Shown here: positions 1 through 9,102 of the stretch, in pieces | Position numbering within the stretch: the stretch's first letter is position 1 | How the letters are laid out: every line of letters starts with the position of its first letter | From: Pseudomonadota bacterium | GTDB taxonomy: Bacteria > Campylobacterota > Campylobacteria > Campylobacterales > Sulfurimonadaceae | NCBI GenBank assembly: GCA_043797085.1 | Contig: JAZDQA010000006.1 | Coordinates: 148,191-212,190 of the forward strand | Direction of reading: 5' to 3' | DNA length: 64,000 nt | The notes under the pieces: model-generated | The model's input: only the letters and a program-made list of their open reading frames with translations | Databases searched by the model: none | Told to the model about the DNA's origin: nothing | Position numbers and translations under genes: made by a program

Positions 1-1332
1 TTTCATGATTTCAAGAACTATATCTTGTGCATCCATCTCATCTTCGTACTCTTTTTTACCCATTGCTTCATTCATTTTTCCATGTGCTGTTCCGCTTTGG
101 GAAGAGTGGGCTTCGTCAATAATGACAGCAAATCGTTTATCGCTAAGGTCACTTATTCCATCCACGATAAAAGGGAACTTTTGAATGGTCGTTAGAATGA
201 TCTTTTTTCCTTTTTCAAGATTACTTTTGAGATCACTAGAGCTATACGCAGGAGCAACGATATTTTTTTGTTCGCTAAACGCTTTGACGTTATCTCTCAG
301 CTGTTTATCCAGTATCTTTCTATCGGTAACGATGATAACACTGTTGAATAGAGGATAATCCAATCCCTTGCTTCCGCTAACATCCTCACTTGCAGGATAC
401 GCTTCAATCAGCCCGTACGCACTCCATGCAATGGAGTTTGACTTTCCACTTCCTGCACTGTGTTGGATAAGATAGGTTTGCCCTGTTCCATTGTCACTCA
501 CATGCTTTAAAAGCTTTCGTACCACATCAAGCTGATGATAGCGTGGGAAATAAAGTGTATCACCATCGAGTCTTACGAAGTGTTGGACGATATTGGCTAA
601 AGAGTGCTTGGTAAATATTTCTTCCCAGATATAAGCTGTTTTATGTCCGTTTTCATTAACAGGATTACCTGCCCCATGGTTGCTATTCCCTTTGTTAAAC
701 GGTAAAAAGAACGTTTTAGTTCCCTCTAACTTGGTTGTCATATATGCTTCATCGGTATCAACCGCAAAATGAACCAGACATCGGGAAAAATTGAGGAGTG
801 TTTCTTTTGGATCGCGATCTTCTTTGTATTGCTTGATCCCATGGAATCTGGCATTTTGACCTGTCCATGCGTTTTTGAGTTCCATAGTGACGATAGGCAA
901 GCCGTTGATAAACAATACCATGTCCATCTCAAGCATGGGATTTGTACGCGAATGAGTCACTTGTCTTGTTACGCTGAAGATATTAGAGTCAAACCGTTTT
1001 TTGAGTTCATCACCGCTGGAAGCGAGAGGGGCTATAAAAAGAAACGTAAAATGGGCATCATCTACAGCAAGCCCTTTTTTTAGTATCTTGAGTACCCCGT
1101 ATTTTTTGATCATCTTATCAAGGCGTTGGATGGTTTTGAGTTTGTATTGCGGATCACGGCTGATCTTGTTTAGCTCATCAGCTTGGGTATCTTCCAAAAA
1201 CTCCCAAAACAGCTTCTCATCGATTGCGTATTCTTTGTTGAAATCTCTGTTTTCACCTTTGACGAAACCTTGCGCTAAAAGAGACTTTTCAATACTCGTT
1301 TCAAGTGCCAATTCATTGGTTTGACTGCTCAT
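1..1332 (-). CDS. hsdR: Type I restriction enzyme R subunit (5' part; runs off window)
   Basis: Not in ORF track; translated by hand from ATG at 1332 (ATGA overlap with rhuM stop): MSSQTNELALETSIEKSLL... Contains nuclease motif DMVLFINGLPIVTMELKN, Walker A QHSAGSGKS and IIDEAHSSQ. Confidence 0.93.
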   Translation of the reverse strand, partial: MSSQTNELALETSIEKSLLAQGFVKGENRDFNKEYAIDEKLFWEFLEDTQADELNKISRDPQYKLKTIQRLDKMIKKYGVLKILKKGLAVDDAHFTFLFIAPLASSGDELKKRFDSNIFSVTRQVTHSRTNPMLEMDMVLFINGLPIVTMELKNAWTGQNARFHGIKQYKEDRDPKETLLNFSRCLVHFAVDTDEAYMTTKLEGTKTFFLPFNKGNSNHGAGNPVNENGHKTAYIWEEIFTKHSLANIVQHFVRLDGDTLYFPRYHQLDVVRKLLKHVSDNGTGQTYLIQHSAGSGKSNSIAWSAYGLIEAYPASEDVSGSKGLDYPLFNSVIIVTDRKILDKQLRDNVKAFSEQKNIVAPAYSSSDLKSNLEKGKKIILTTIQKFPFIVDGISDLSDKRFAVIIDEAHSSQSGTAHGKMNEAMGKKEYEDEMDAQDIVLEIMK

Positions 1333-2309
1333 TTTAACCTCTTTATATCTTCTTCAAGCTCTTTGATACTTTGTATTTTTTCTTGCTCTTTTTGAGTCTC
1401 TTTGTATTTTTGATACTCTAACTCACTTTTTGCTTTTGCCATATCATGAGAGATTTTTCCTGCATGGGTCAAGAGTTCTCGACCATTGAGAGAAATAACT
1501 GCATCAAGCCTCGCTATCCAGTCTTTCATGTACATTGGAGTGCGCTGCATCGCCATCGTCTCTGCAAATGCCAAATACTGCTCTACCAAAAGACCGAGAA
1601 GTTTTATCTCATCTTCACCCAGATAGTTTTTAGCGATGCTGACATCTTTTTTAGTGACGTTTTTATTCTCTTTATCAAACGAACTCATCCCCAAAAGGGG
1701 CTTAGAAATATCGACCCTGTTGTGTATCAGTTCAGCTGCCGTTTGCGTTGATACCGCCCATAAAAGCTTATTTTGGACGATTTTAAAAAACTCTACCGTT
1801 TTTTCATCTTTTGGGTTGTAGTCGATACTTGTCATATAGATGTCTTTGATCTTTTGATAAAAAAACTTCTCACTAAGACGAATATCACGAAGTCTGTTTT
1901 GCAATTCGTCAAAATAGCTCATAGAGGTGCCGCTTTTAAATCGATCGTCGTTGAGAACAAAGCCCTTCGTGATGTACTCTTTTAATCTTTCTTTTGCCCA
2001 AATGCGAAATTTCGTCCCCGTAGATGAGCGCACCCTAAAGCCGATGGCGATAAACATATCGAGATTGTAGTGAGCCACATCGTAGTTTTTGCCATCACTT
2101 GCAGTTGTTCGGTAATTCCGAACAACTGCTATCTCGTCCAATTCTTCTTCTTCAAATATCGCTGTGATATGCTCGCTTATTGTCGATTTTGCTTTGCCGA
2201 ATACGTCACATATTTGTGCCTGCGTTAGCCAAAGCGAACCCTCTTCAAATCTCACATCAACTTTGATATTGCCATTATCGTTTTGGTAAATCAGTATCTC
2301 ACTCATCAT
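1329..2309 (-). CDS. RhuM family protein inside type I R-M operon
   Basis: N-terminal EILIYQ..LWLTQAQI..ISEHI..F and YNLD..IAIGFRVRS..GTKFRIWA..RLKEYITKGFVLNDDR, typical of the RhuM family. Confidence 0.85.
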   Translation of the reverse strand: MMSEILIYQNDNGNIKVDVRFEEGSLWLTQAQICDVFGKAKSTISEHITAIFEEEELDEIAVVRNYRTTASDGKNYDVAHYNLDMFIAIGFRVRSSTGTKFRIWAKERLKEYITKGFVLNDDRFKSGTSMSYFDELQNRLRDIRLSEKFFYQKIKDIYMTSIDYNPKDEKTVEFFKIVQNKLLWAVSTQTAAELIHNRVDISKPLLGMSSFDKENKNVTKKDVSIAKNYLGEDEIKLLGLLVEQYLAFAETMAMQRTPMYMKDWIARLDAVISLNGRELLTHAGKISHDMAKAKSELEYQKYKETQKEQEKIQSIKELEEDIKRLK

Positions 2310-3580
2310 GCCACCCTCACTTTCCCCGTTACTACACTGTCGATGAGTGTCGCTTTGTACTCTTTGAGCTTGGTTATATAGTTTTGTTGCAGTTCGATAG
2401 CGGCATCAATTTTAGATGTATGCTCTTCGATGTAAGTGATGATTTTGAATTGCTCATCAATAGACGGAAAGCCTATTTTCATACTCATAAACATGTGCGA
2501 ATAAAATCTTAATCGTGATGAATGTAATCCAGTTGAAACTCGATTGTAGTGCTCTATATATTTAACACTTTTTAAAAGATGCTCAATATAAGTCGAACTC
2601 AATATTATCTTATGCTGTCGATAAACAGCATAAGAAGAACTCACAATACCTTCTTGAGGAGAAATACCAAGCGCTCCCATCCATGCCCACATAATATTCA
2701 TAACCAAATCATCTTTTTGACATGTTTTAGAACCCGTATAATCTTCAGACATGAACATTGAAACGTTCTTTTCCGATCTTGGCGTTACACCAGTCATATG
2801 GGATACCGAAAGCAACTCTTCATTACCTGTACCTGAACGCTCATTTATCTCTTTAAAGATATATTTTCCTCGTTTAACCGTCCAATGCTCTGGTATCTCC
2901 CCGATCCACTCCACACCGCTATCTTTCATCGATGTATTTGGATTTAATCCTCTCGTCACTGCTTCGTTAATGACAATCTGACGACGCTCTTTGAGAAGTT
3001 CAATAAGTTGCTCTTTTTGGCGGATAGCTTGGTCGATTTGATCTGATTTTTTATTTAGAAAATTCACAATTGAATATTGTTCATCTACAGGTGGAAAAAC
3101 TATTGCCAATCGTTTAAAATCGATAAAACTCAAATTTTGTCTCAGCCCAGTTCCAAACTTATAGATCACTTTAGTTAGATCAAGAGCATGTAAATAGTAA
3201 TACAAATATTCAGCATGACCATTTAATACATTCAAATTCAAATAAGCACTTGTAATAATGCCATGATTTCTGGAAAAGCCTGTCCTGAGACTTGTTTTAT
3301 CATTTTGTAAATCCATACATCGGATGATAATATCACCTGTTTGCACAATCTGATAAGTCTCAAATGACTCAGGCACAAGTCCCACCAACTTTTCGATTGG
3401 CTTTACAATAATATTCCCATAACTAAGAGACAAGACTCTGTCTTCAATCATGCCAATATTTTTTCGCTTATTTTCTCTGTAAACTTTCATCCCTGGCACT
3501 ATTTCCCAATGTTCAGGAATTTCCCCCAACCACTCTACCCCGCTCTCTTTATACGATGAATATCTTTGTAACGTACTCAT
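2306..3580 (-). CDS. hsdS: Type I R-M specificity subunit
   Basis: Two TRDs separated by the repeated conserved block (K/D)SGVEW(L/I)GEIPEHW; C-terminal LKEYKATLIDSVVTGK. Confidence 0.95.
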   Translation of the reverse strand: MSTLQRYSSYKESGVEWLGEIPEHWEIVPGMKVYRENKRKNIGMIEDRVLSLSYGNIIVKPIEKLVGLVPESFETYQIVQTGDIIIRCMDLQNDKTSLRTGFSRNHGIITSAYLNLNVLNGHAEYLYYYLHALDLTKVIYKFGTGLRQNLSFIDFKRLAIVFPPVDEQYSIVNFLNKKSDQIDQAIRQKEQLIELLKERRQIVINEAVTRGLNPNTSMKDSGVEWIGEIPEHWTVKRGKYIFKEINERSGTGNEELLSVSHMTGVTPRSEKNVSMFMSEDYTGSKTCQKDDLVMNIMWAWMGALGISPQEGIVSSSYAVYRQHKIILSSTYIEHLLKSVKYIEHYNRVSTGLHSSRLRFYSHMFMSMKIGFPSIDEQFKIITYIEEHTSKIDAAIELQQNYITKLKEYKATLIDSVVTGKVRVA

Positions 3581-3581
3581 C

Positions 3582-5930
3582 TCATAGCCCCAAAATCTCT
3601 TTGATCAATCCGTCACTCGCTTCTTCGAGTTCCACGATCTCTTTCGCCACCGCTTCAAGGCTTCGTAGTGGTTTATGGGTATAGAAATATTTGTTAAAGC
3701 TGATCTCATAGCCGATTTTAACGCTGTCGAGATTGATCCACGCCTCACTCACATGCGGTTGTACCTCTCTGAGATAATACTCTAAAATATTCTCTTCCCT
3801 AGGAATGCTCTCACTATCTCGCAGATCGGTATCACTCTCATACTCGACAAATTCATATTTGCTTGCTGTCTTGTAGTAACCAAAATGCTCTAGCTCAACT
3901 TCACTACATCCCAAATGATCCAAAAGCTTATCGAGCTTGTCAGCGTTGATCTTGGATACCTTTTTGATCACTTTTTCAGCACTCTCATCGTACCAACTGA
4001 TGGCGTTTAAAATAGCGTTTTTCTCTGGAGCCGTAAGCTTGATCTTCTCTTTTTTAATCACTCCATCCACTAACTCTCTAAAGAGATTAAAATCGTTGTA
4101 TTCATCGGTGCCAATTTTTTCTTTGAGCAGATTTGCTGTCTCTAAAAGAGCTTTGTGTTTTGCCCACAGCTCTTTAGATAGCAAAGCTTTTTTCTGTTTG
4201 GCGTTTAGGTTGATTTCTTCTTTATCGAGATAGTGTTCGATCTCTTTTTGGTGCTTCATGATGTCAATATAACAATCCTCTTTAAACGCTTCAAGGCACC
4301 ATCGCATAGGCTCCTCAAGAGCTTTATCAAATCGGAGAGTTTCTATCAGCTCATCTTTAAATTGTGCTTTGAGTCGTTTAGGGCGTTCGATATTGACTTT
4401 GTAATATCCAAAATCGCTGTTTTGGAAGATTTTAGACGCTATTTTTTTGCCGTCGAGTTCTTCATTGCACACGTTAAAGGCTTTATACACGTCCATAATT
4501 TTGGCAATGTGTTTGGATTCAAACTCACAGTTTTTATCACCAAGATTTTTTCGCAGTTTGCTGTAGAAGTCATTCGCATCGATGAGCTGAACTTGACCTT
4601 TTCGGCGTTCATCCTTCTTGTTGCTCAGTATCCAAATATAGGTTGTGATCCCCGTATTGTAAAAGAGGTTGTTTGGAAGTTGGATGATACAATCGAGCAT
4701 ATCATTTTCAATAATGAAACGGCGGATATTGCTCTCCCCCCCACCTGCATCACCCGTAAAGAGAGAACTGCCATTGTGTACCGAAGCGATACGACTCCCT
4801 ATGAGATTTGAGGAAGCGGGCTTCATCTTGCCAACCATCTCCATTAAAAAAAGAAGCTGTCCATCACTGCTTCGTGGCGTTGCATCAGCATCAGCTTCCA
4901 CTCCCCAATAATCTTTTAGTTTGACAATAAAGCGTGTATCGATAACGTCGTTACCGTCTTTGATATACTTTTGTTCACTTGCCCATGATTTGCCGTAAGG
5001 AGGATTTGAGAGCATAAAATCGAACTTGATCCCTGCGAAATCATCGACACTCAACGTTGAGCCGTTTTTGATATTTTCAGGGTTGTTGCCTTTGATCATC
5101 ATATCCGATTTACAGATAGCATAGGTTTCATCATTGATCTCTTTACCATAGAGGATGACATCTGCACTCGATTTGATATTCCCATCGGGATCTAAAATAA
5201 AGTTTTGCGATTCGGTAAGCATCCCTCCACTACCGCACGCTGGGTCATAGATGGTCATAACAGGAGGTAAAACATCTTTAATCGGATCAAATACGATGTG
5301 TGTCATTAGATCGATCACTTCTCGCGGGGTAAAGTGCTCTCCCGCTTCTTCATTGTTATCTTCGTTGAACTTTCGTATCAGTTCCTCAAAGACATATCCC
5401 ATACCAAGGTTGGTAAGAGGTGGGAGTTTTTTACCCTCGGGGTCAAGGGCTTCTTTATCGGTGAGGTTGATGTACGGAGAGGTAAACTTTTCGAGAACCG
5501 ATAAAAGGACATCTTTATCCGCCATATGTTTCATTTGGGCTTTGAGTTTGAATTTCTCTACGATCTCTTGTACGTTTGCGCTAAAACCGTTTAGATACTC
5601 TGTGAAATTTGCTTCTAGCATCTGGCTTGAGTTTGTTGCGGTGTCATAGAGCTTTTGAAGCGTCCAACGACTCGTATTGTAAAACACATAACCGCTTGCA
5701 TCTTGAAGTCCCATATTATCAAGCTCTGTAAATTTAGCTTCTTCTGTTTGAAATCTAAGCTCTTCAAGAACCGCTTCTTTTGTAGGCTCTAAAAGTGCAT
5801 CTAAACGTCGTAAAACGACCATCGGCAATATCACATCTCTGTATTTACCACGGACATAGACATCTCGTAAACAATCGTCTGCAATTGTCCATATAAAACT
5901 TACTAATTTGTTGTGTACTGCTTGATTCAT
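3582..5930 (-). CDS. hsdM: Type I R-M N6-adenine methyltransferase subunit
   Basis: GEHFTPREV, motif I DPACGSGG, motif IV NPPY. Confidence 0.96.
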   Translation of the reverse strand: MNQAVHNKLVSFIWTIADDCLRDVYVRGKYRDVILPMVVLRRLDALLEPTKEAVLEELRFQTEEAKFTELDNMGLQDASGYVFYNTSRWTLQKLYDTATNSSQMLEANFTEYLNGFSANVQEIVEKFKLKAQMKHMADKDVLLSVLEKFTSPYINLTDKEALDPEGKKLPPLTNLGMGYVFEELIRKFNEDNNEEAGEHFTPREVIDLMTHIVFDPIKDVLPPVMTIYDPACGSGGMLTESQNFILDPDGNIKSSADVILYGKEINDETYAICKSDMMIKGNNPENIKNGSTLSVDDFAGIKFDFMLSNPPYGKSWASEQKYIKDGNDVIDTRFIVKLKDYWGVEADADATPRSSDGQLLFLMEMVGKMKPASSNLIGSRIASVHNGSSLFTGDAGGGESNIRRFIIENDMLDCIIQLPNNLFYNTGITTYIWILSNKKDERRKGQVQLIDANDFYSKLRKNLGDKNCEFESKHIAKIMDVYKAFNVCNEELDGKKIASKIFQNSDFGYYKVNIERPKRLKAQFKDELIETLRFDKALEEPMRWCLEAFKEDCYIDIMKHQKEIEHYLDKEEINLNAKQKKALLSKELWAKHKALLETANLLKEKIGTDEYNDFNLFRELVDGVIKKEKIKLTAPEKNAILNAISWYDESAEKVIKKVSKINADKLDKLLDHLGCSEVELEHFGYYKTASKYEFVEYESDTDLRDSESIPREENILEYYLREVQPHVSEAWINLDSVKIGYEISFNKYFYTHKPLRSLEAVAKEIVELEEASDGLIKEILGL

Positions 5931-6133
5931 CCGTCTGCCTCTAAAAAATCTTCATGATTACAATTGATTTTATTATTTTAGTATCTTGTCTTTATTATAC
6001 ATTTTGTATCTAATGTCGAAGCTTGATTGATAAATATTTTTTTTAATTACTATTACATGATACAAATATATTTAACAATTTAATTTCAAATAGTTATAGA
6101 TATTGGTATTGGTCATTTGGATACTTAATCGGG

Positions 6134-6258
6134 TTCAGTTGTCGGTTTCATGCACATCACTAACACTACTTTGAGCCTAGCGAGATCTAGGCGTAGGATA
6201 GGGAAAGCAAGAGAGAACGAAGTGAGCGAAGAATCGGTGCATGAAATTGATAATTGAA
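6134..6258 (+). repeat. Long imperfect inverted repeat (22-bp stem with internal hairpin)
   Basis: TTCAGTTGTCGGTTTCATGCAC (6134-6155) pairs with GTGCATGAAATTGATAATTGAA (6237-6258); all 4 mismatches are G-T on the + strand. Internal hairpin GCCTAG-N6-CTAGGC. Confidence 0.8.
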
Positions 6259-6338
6259 AAAAATAAACTCTATTCCAAATGGGATAGGGGGGAGAGGGCT
6301 TTAGCCCTCTGGGGGGAAAGGGGGAAACTTCTTAGTTT

Positions 6339-6641
6339 TCACCCTCTTTTAATCTTGGATAATAGCGTAGGCTTAAACGATAAATCTCGCTCAATTGGAA
6401 GCCCTAGAGAACCACGGAGTAATTCTAATTCATCAAGCGAGAAATATCCCAATTCACTCTCCATGCCTTGAACGAAGCCAAAGCACGTTTTTGAATCTTC
6501 TTTTGAAAACTCTATGACATACCACGTCCAATTGCTATCTGGTGTGAACAGTTTGATATAACATATTGGATCGGATATTTCTTCCGTTGCGTATAAATCG
6601 GGAATTGCCTCTAGCAACTCTTGCGGTATCAGTATGCTCAT
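6339..6641 (-). CDS. DUF2958 domain protein
   Basis: KLFTPDSNWTWY..E and FGFVQGMESELGYFSLDEL..LRG.LGLPIERDL.F motifs. Confidence 0.85.
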   Translation of the reverse strand: MSILIPQELLEAIPDLYATEEISDPICYIKLFTPDSNWTWYVIEFSKEDSKTCFGFVQGMESELGYFSLDELELLRGSLGLPIERDLSFKPTLLSKIKRG

Positions 6642-6642
6642 C

Positions 6643-7338
6643 TTATGCTGCCTGTTGATCTATTATAGGTTTGTACCAACACTTGGACACTCCATCCCAT
6701 CGAAAACCAAACGCCTTAATGCTATCCTTCTTGGCAAAGATGTCTTCACCAACAACAATAAGATGATTACCTTGGTTCACCACGGATAAACCGATTTTGT
6801 AAAGAGAAGCGTAATCTTGCGGTATATTGTTTTGCGCTTGCTCTTTTGGTTGTTGATTCTGATGTTGTTTTGCTGGTTCTAGCTGTTGTGCAGGTTGTTG
6901 ATTGTGATGGACACGGCTCTTATCATAGAGCGAATTTCCGAATTGGTTTCCAAACGAACGAAAACATCGTTTAATCGCATCAGTTACGGCTTCTTTTGAC
7001 CCTCCTTCGTGCGAATCGGCTAAGCTTTTTGCAATGCCAGTACCAAAGCCAACATCTTCACGGCTGATATGTTTTGAGTGTGCTAGGTCGTGGACGACAA
7101 CATTTACTATGGCTTTATAGCAGATAACGATATTCGAATTTTGATTCGTCTCTTGGGAGACGTGTTCTAGCTTTGATATGCTGTAGCTCCAATTACCGTA
7201 ACCGAAGATTTTATTTGCAGTTTCAATAATGTCATGCCCCTCGACATACGAGAGGTTGATATTATTTTTAGAACGGGTTTTAATTCTGCTACTATCGAGT
7301 TCATAGGATAGTGCCTGATTTTGCTTGTCGTTAAACAT
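6643..7338 (-). CDS. Rad52/Rad22 (Sak-like) single-strand annealing protein
   Basis: LSYVEGHDIIETANKIFGYGNWS, REDVGFG, KEAVTDAIKRCFRSFGNQFGNSLYDK. Start moved to ATG 7338, which follows an AAGGAG SD. Confidence 0.9.
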   Translation of the reverse strand: MFNDKQNQALSYELDSSRIKTRSKNNINLSYVEGHDIIETANKIFGYGNWSYSISKLEHVSQETNQNSNIVICYKAIVNVVVHDLAHSKHISREDVGFGTGIAKSLADSHEGGSKEAVTDAIKRCFRSFGNQFGNSLYDKSRVHHNQQPAQQLEPAKQHQNQQPKEQAQNNIPQDYASLYKIGLSVVNQGNHLIVVGEDIFAKKDSIKAFGFRWDGVSKCWYKPIIDQQAA

Positions 7339-7351
7339 AATGTGTATCTCC

Positions 7352-7936
7352 TTATGCGACTTGTGCATCGACTAAACTGAGCAGTTCAGTAGCTTGATTG
7401 TTGGCGCTGCTTCGTTTTGCATTGACTTTGATACGAGATGGTATATGCTCTTCGGTAGAAATAATTTCAACATATTGGTCAACCTCTTCCATTCCCTCTA
7501 TGGTACACATCGCTTCCATTATCGATTTTTCATCAATGGTGACATTGACGTACCCTAATGAGATGAGCGCATTGGCATCGAGGATGGTGAGAGTGTTTTT
7601 GATCTTGGTCTTAGAGGGGGTGATGGTTATTGAGCTAATCATTGTTCCATCAATACGATCGACCCCATACTCCCCCAATACAGAGGCGACGGCTTCAAGT
7701 GCTATGCTCTTCGCACTCTCTAACGACTTTTTCATGGATTGAATCTCTTTGATCTCCAATGCAAGGTATTCAACCTTTTCATCTATCTCTTGGAATGAGA
7801 GTCCGATGTAGTCCGCTTTCACATGGAATGGCTTCTCCGATTCCAGTATGCCACGAATATGATGCTTGAACCAATCGAGGTTCGTAGGGTTAATGTGTTC
7901 CATCTCTTTGACGAGTCTGTAACTTTCTGTCTTCAT
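7352..7936 (-). CDS. Siphovirus Gp157/Mu Gam-like protein (putative)
   Basis: Coiled-coil followed by GVDRIDG..SSITITP; adjacent to Rad52. Start moved to ATG 7936 after AAGGAA. Confidence 0.55.
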   Translation of the reverse strand: MKTESYRLVKEMEHINPTNLDWFKHHIRGILESEKPFHVKADYIGLSFQEIDEKVEYLALEIKEIQSMKKSLESAKSIALEAVASVLGEYGVDRIDGTMISSITITPSKTKIKNTLTILDANALISLGYVNVTIDEKSIMEAMCTIEGMEEVDQYVEIISTEEHIPSRIKVNAKRSSANNQATELLSLVDAQVA

Positions 7937-7968
7937 AATGATGTTCCTTTGTGGTGTAAGTGTAATTG

Positions 7969-8787
7969 CTAGGCTGCAATAGCCATAGTTGACTCGGGTG
8001 CTTTGATAGAGGCGATACGTTCGGCAATGTCCCATAGCCCCCGATTAACATCAACATCTTTGGAAATGGAAGTGATCTCACGAGATGTGAAATTGCGTCC
8101 TGTTTGAGTATTAACCCCTTTGACGTTTCCACGTAATAGATTTTCCTGAATAATGTTCAAAGTTGTGTAAAGATCTGATCTCTCATCTTCTACTCTATGG
8201 GGGATCAGCAAGTCACGATGATTAACTTGAAGCTGTTCATCGAACCGTAGCGGTATTGCTGCTCTTGCAAATGACTCTTGTTCAATAGGAGTGAGGATAA
8301 TAGCTTCAAAGGTATCGATCTTCTTTTGAAGAAGTGGTTTGAATGTACCAATATTAGCGATAGCAGTAGTGACATCGTTCTCACGATCTCCGATGTGTTT
8401 GATTTTATAGCTTTGAAAAACACTGTCAGCTACTACAAGACCGTTTGCACACACAAATCGATATATCCCGATGCTAATAGAAAATGCGGTACTACGATCA
8501 TGGGAATTGAAGAGTAACAGCTCTACAGCATTTTCTTTTGGATTAACAAGGTCATCGAAATGACGGAAGCGCACTAGGTGACGCTGAAATCCTTCCTTGT
8601 TCTCATCTCGTACGGAGGCTTCTTGGACAGACACAGGGAACCAACTGTGTTGACGGATCTCATCGATGACTTCAACAGTGCTGACGAAGTGATAGGCATC
8701 GGATGCACTGGAATGGGGAGCACTGGTAAAGAGTGCGGGACATTGCTCTAGGAGCTGGGCTTGGGTTAGTGGGTGTAATGCAGACAT
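7969..8787 (-). CDS. DUF932 (YafZ/YfjQ-like) phage/plasmid protein
   Basis: GFQRHLVRFR, NSHDRSTAF..GIYRFVCANGLV, DLYTTLNIIQENL motifs. Confidence 0.88.
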   Translation of the reverse strand: MSALHPLTQAQLLEQCPALFTSAPHSSASDAYHFVSTVEVIDEIRQHSWFPVSVQEASVRDENKEGFQRHLVRFRHFDDLVNPKENAVELLLFNSHDRSTAFSISIGIYRFVCANGLVVADSVFQSYKIKHIGDRENDVTTAIANIGTFKPLLQKKIDTFEAIILTPIEQESFARAAIPLRFDEQLQVNHRDLLIPHRVEDERSDLYTTLNIIQENLLRGNVKGVNTQTGRNFTSREITSISKDVDVNRGLWDIAERIASIKAPESTMAIAA

Positions 8788-8814
8788 GGGTTATCCTTTT
8801 GTATAGTTGAAATA

Positions 8815-8916
8815 TCAAAAGTCTGATTTTTTTATCGGACTTTGATCATTTAGACTTTTAACTACGATAGTAGCGACTGCGATCATAATGGCTAAACAGT
8901 GCGAAATGGGAAACAT
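8815..8916 (-). CDS. Putative 33-aa hydrophobic peptide
   Basis: Hand translation MFPISHCLAIMIAVATIVVKSLNDQSPIKKSDF*; AAGGA SD 6 nt before ATG. Confidence 0.35.
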   Translation of the reverse strand: MFPISHCLAIMIAVATIVVKSLNDQSPIKKSDF

Positions 8917-9102
8917 TTTCGATCCTTTTTATGGATTAGTAGGTTGGATACAGTTTAATAATATGGGAGTGTAAAAAGATGGGAGTAAAATTTTTGAGGA
9001 TAGAAAGCAGAAGTAAGAAGTGGTAAAGTGGATTGAAATTCTCGACAATGCGCGTAAAAGTTTTGGTTTGAGACCCTTTTTTCAGGGTCTCATGGAGGGG
9101 CT

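Noticed and set aside
1070..1085. Possible frameshift in the hsdR homopolymer
   Set aside because: The run has 7 T on the + strand and keeps hsdR in frame through the nuclease and DEAH motifs.
6134..6258. Retron msr-msd (long flanking inverted repeat, RNase H nearby)
   Set aside because: No reverse transcriptase in the window; kept only as an unexplained structured element.
9069..9092. TGAGACCCT/AGGGTCTCA hairpin as terminator of the helicase gene
   Set aside because: No U tract on the minus strand; function cannot be assigned.
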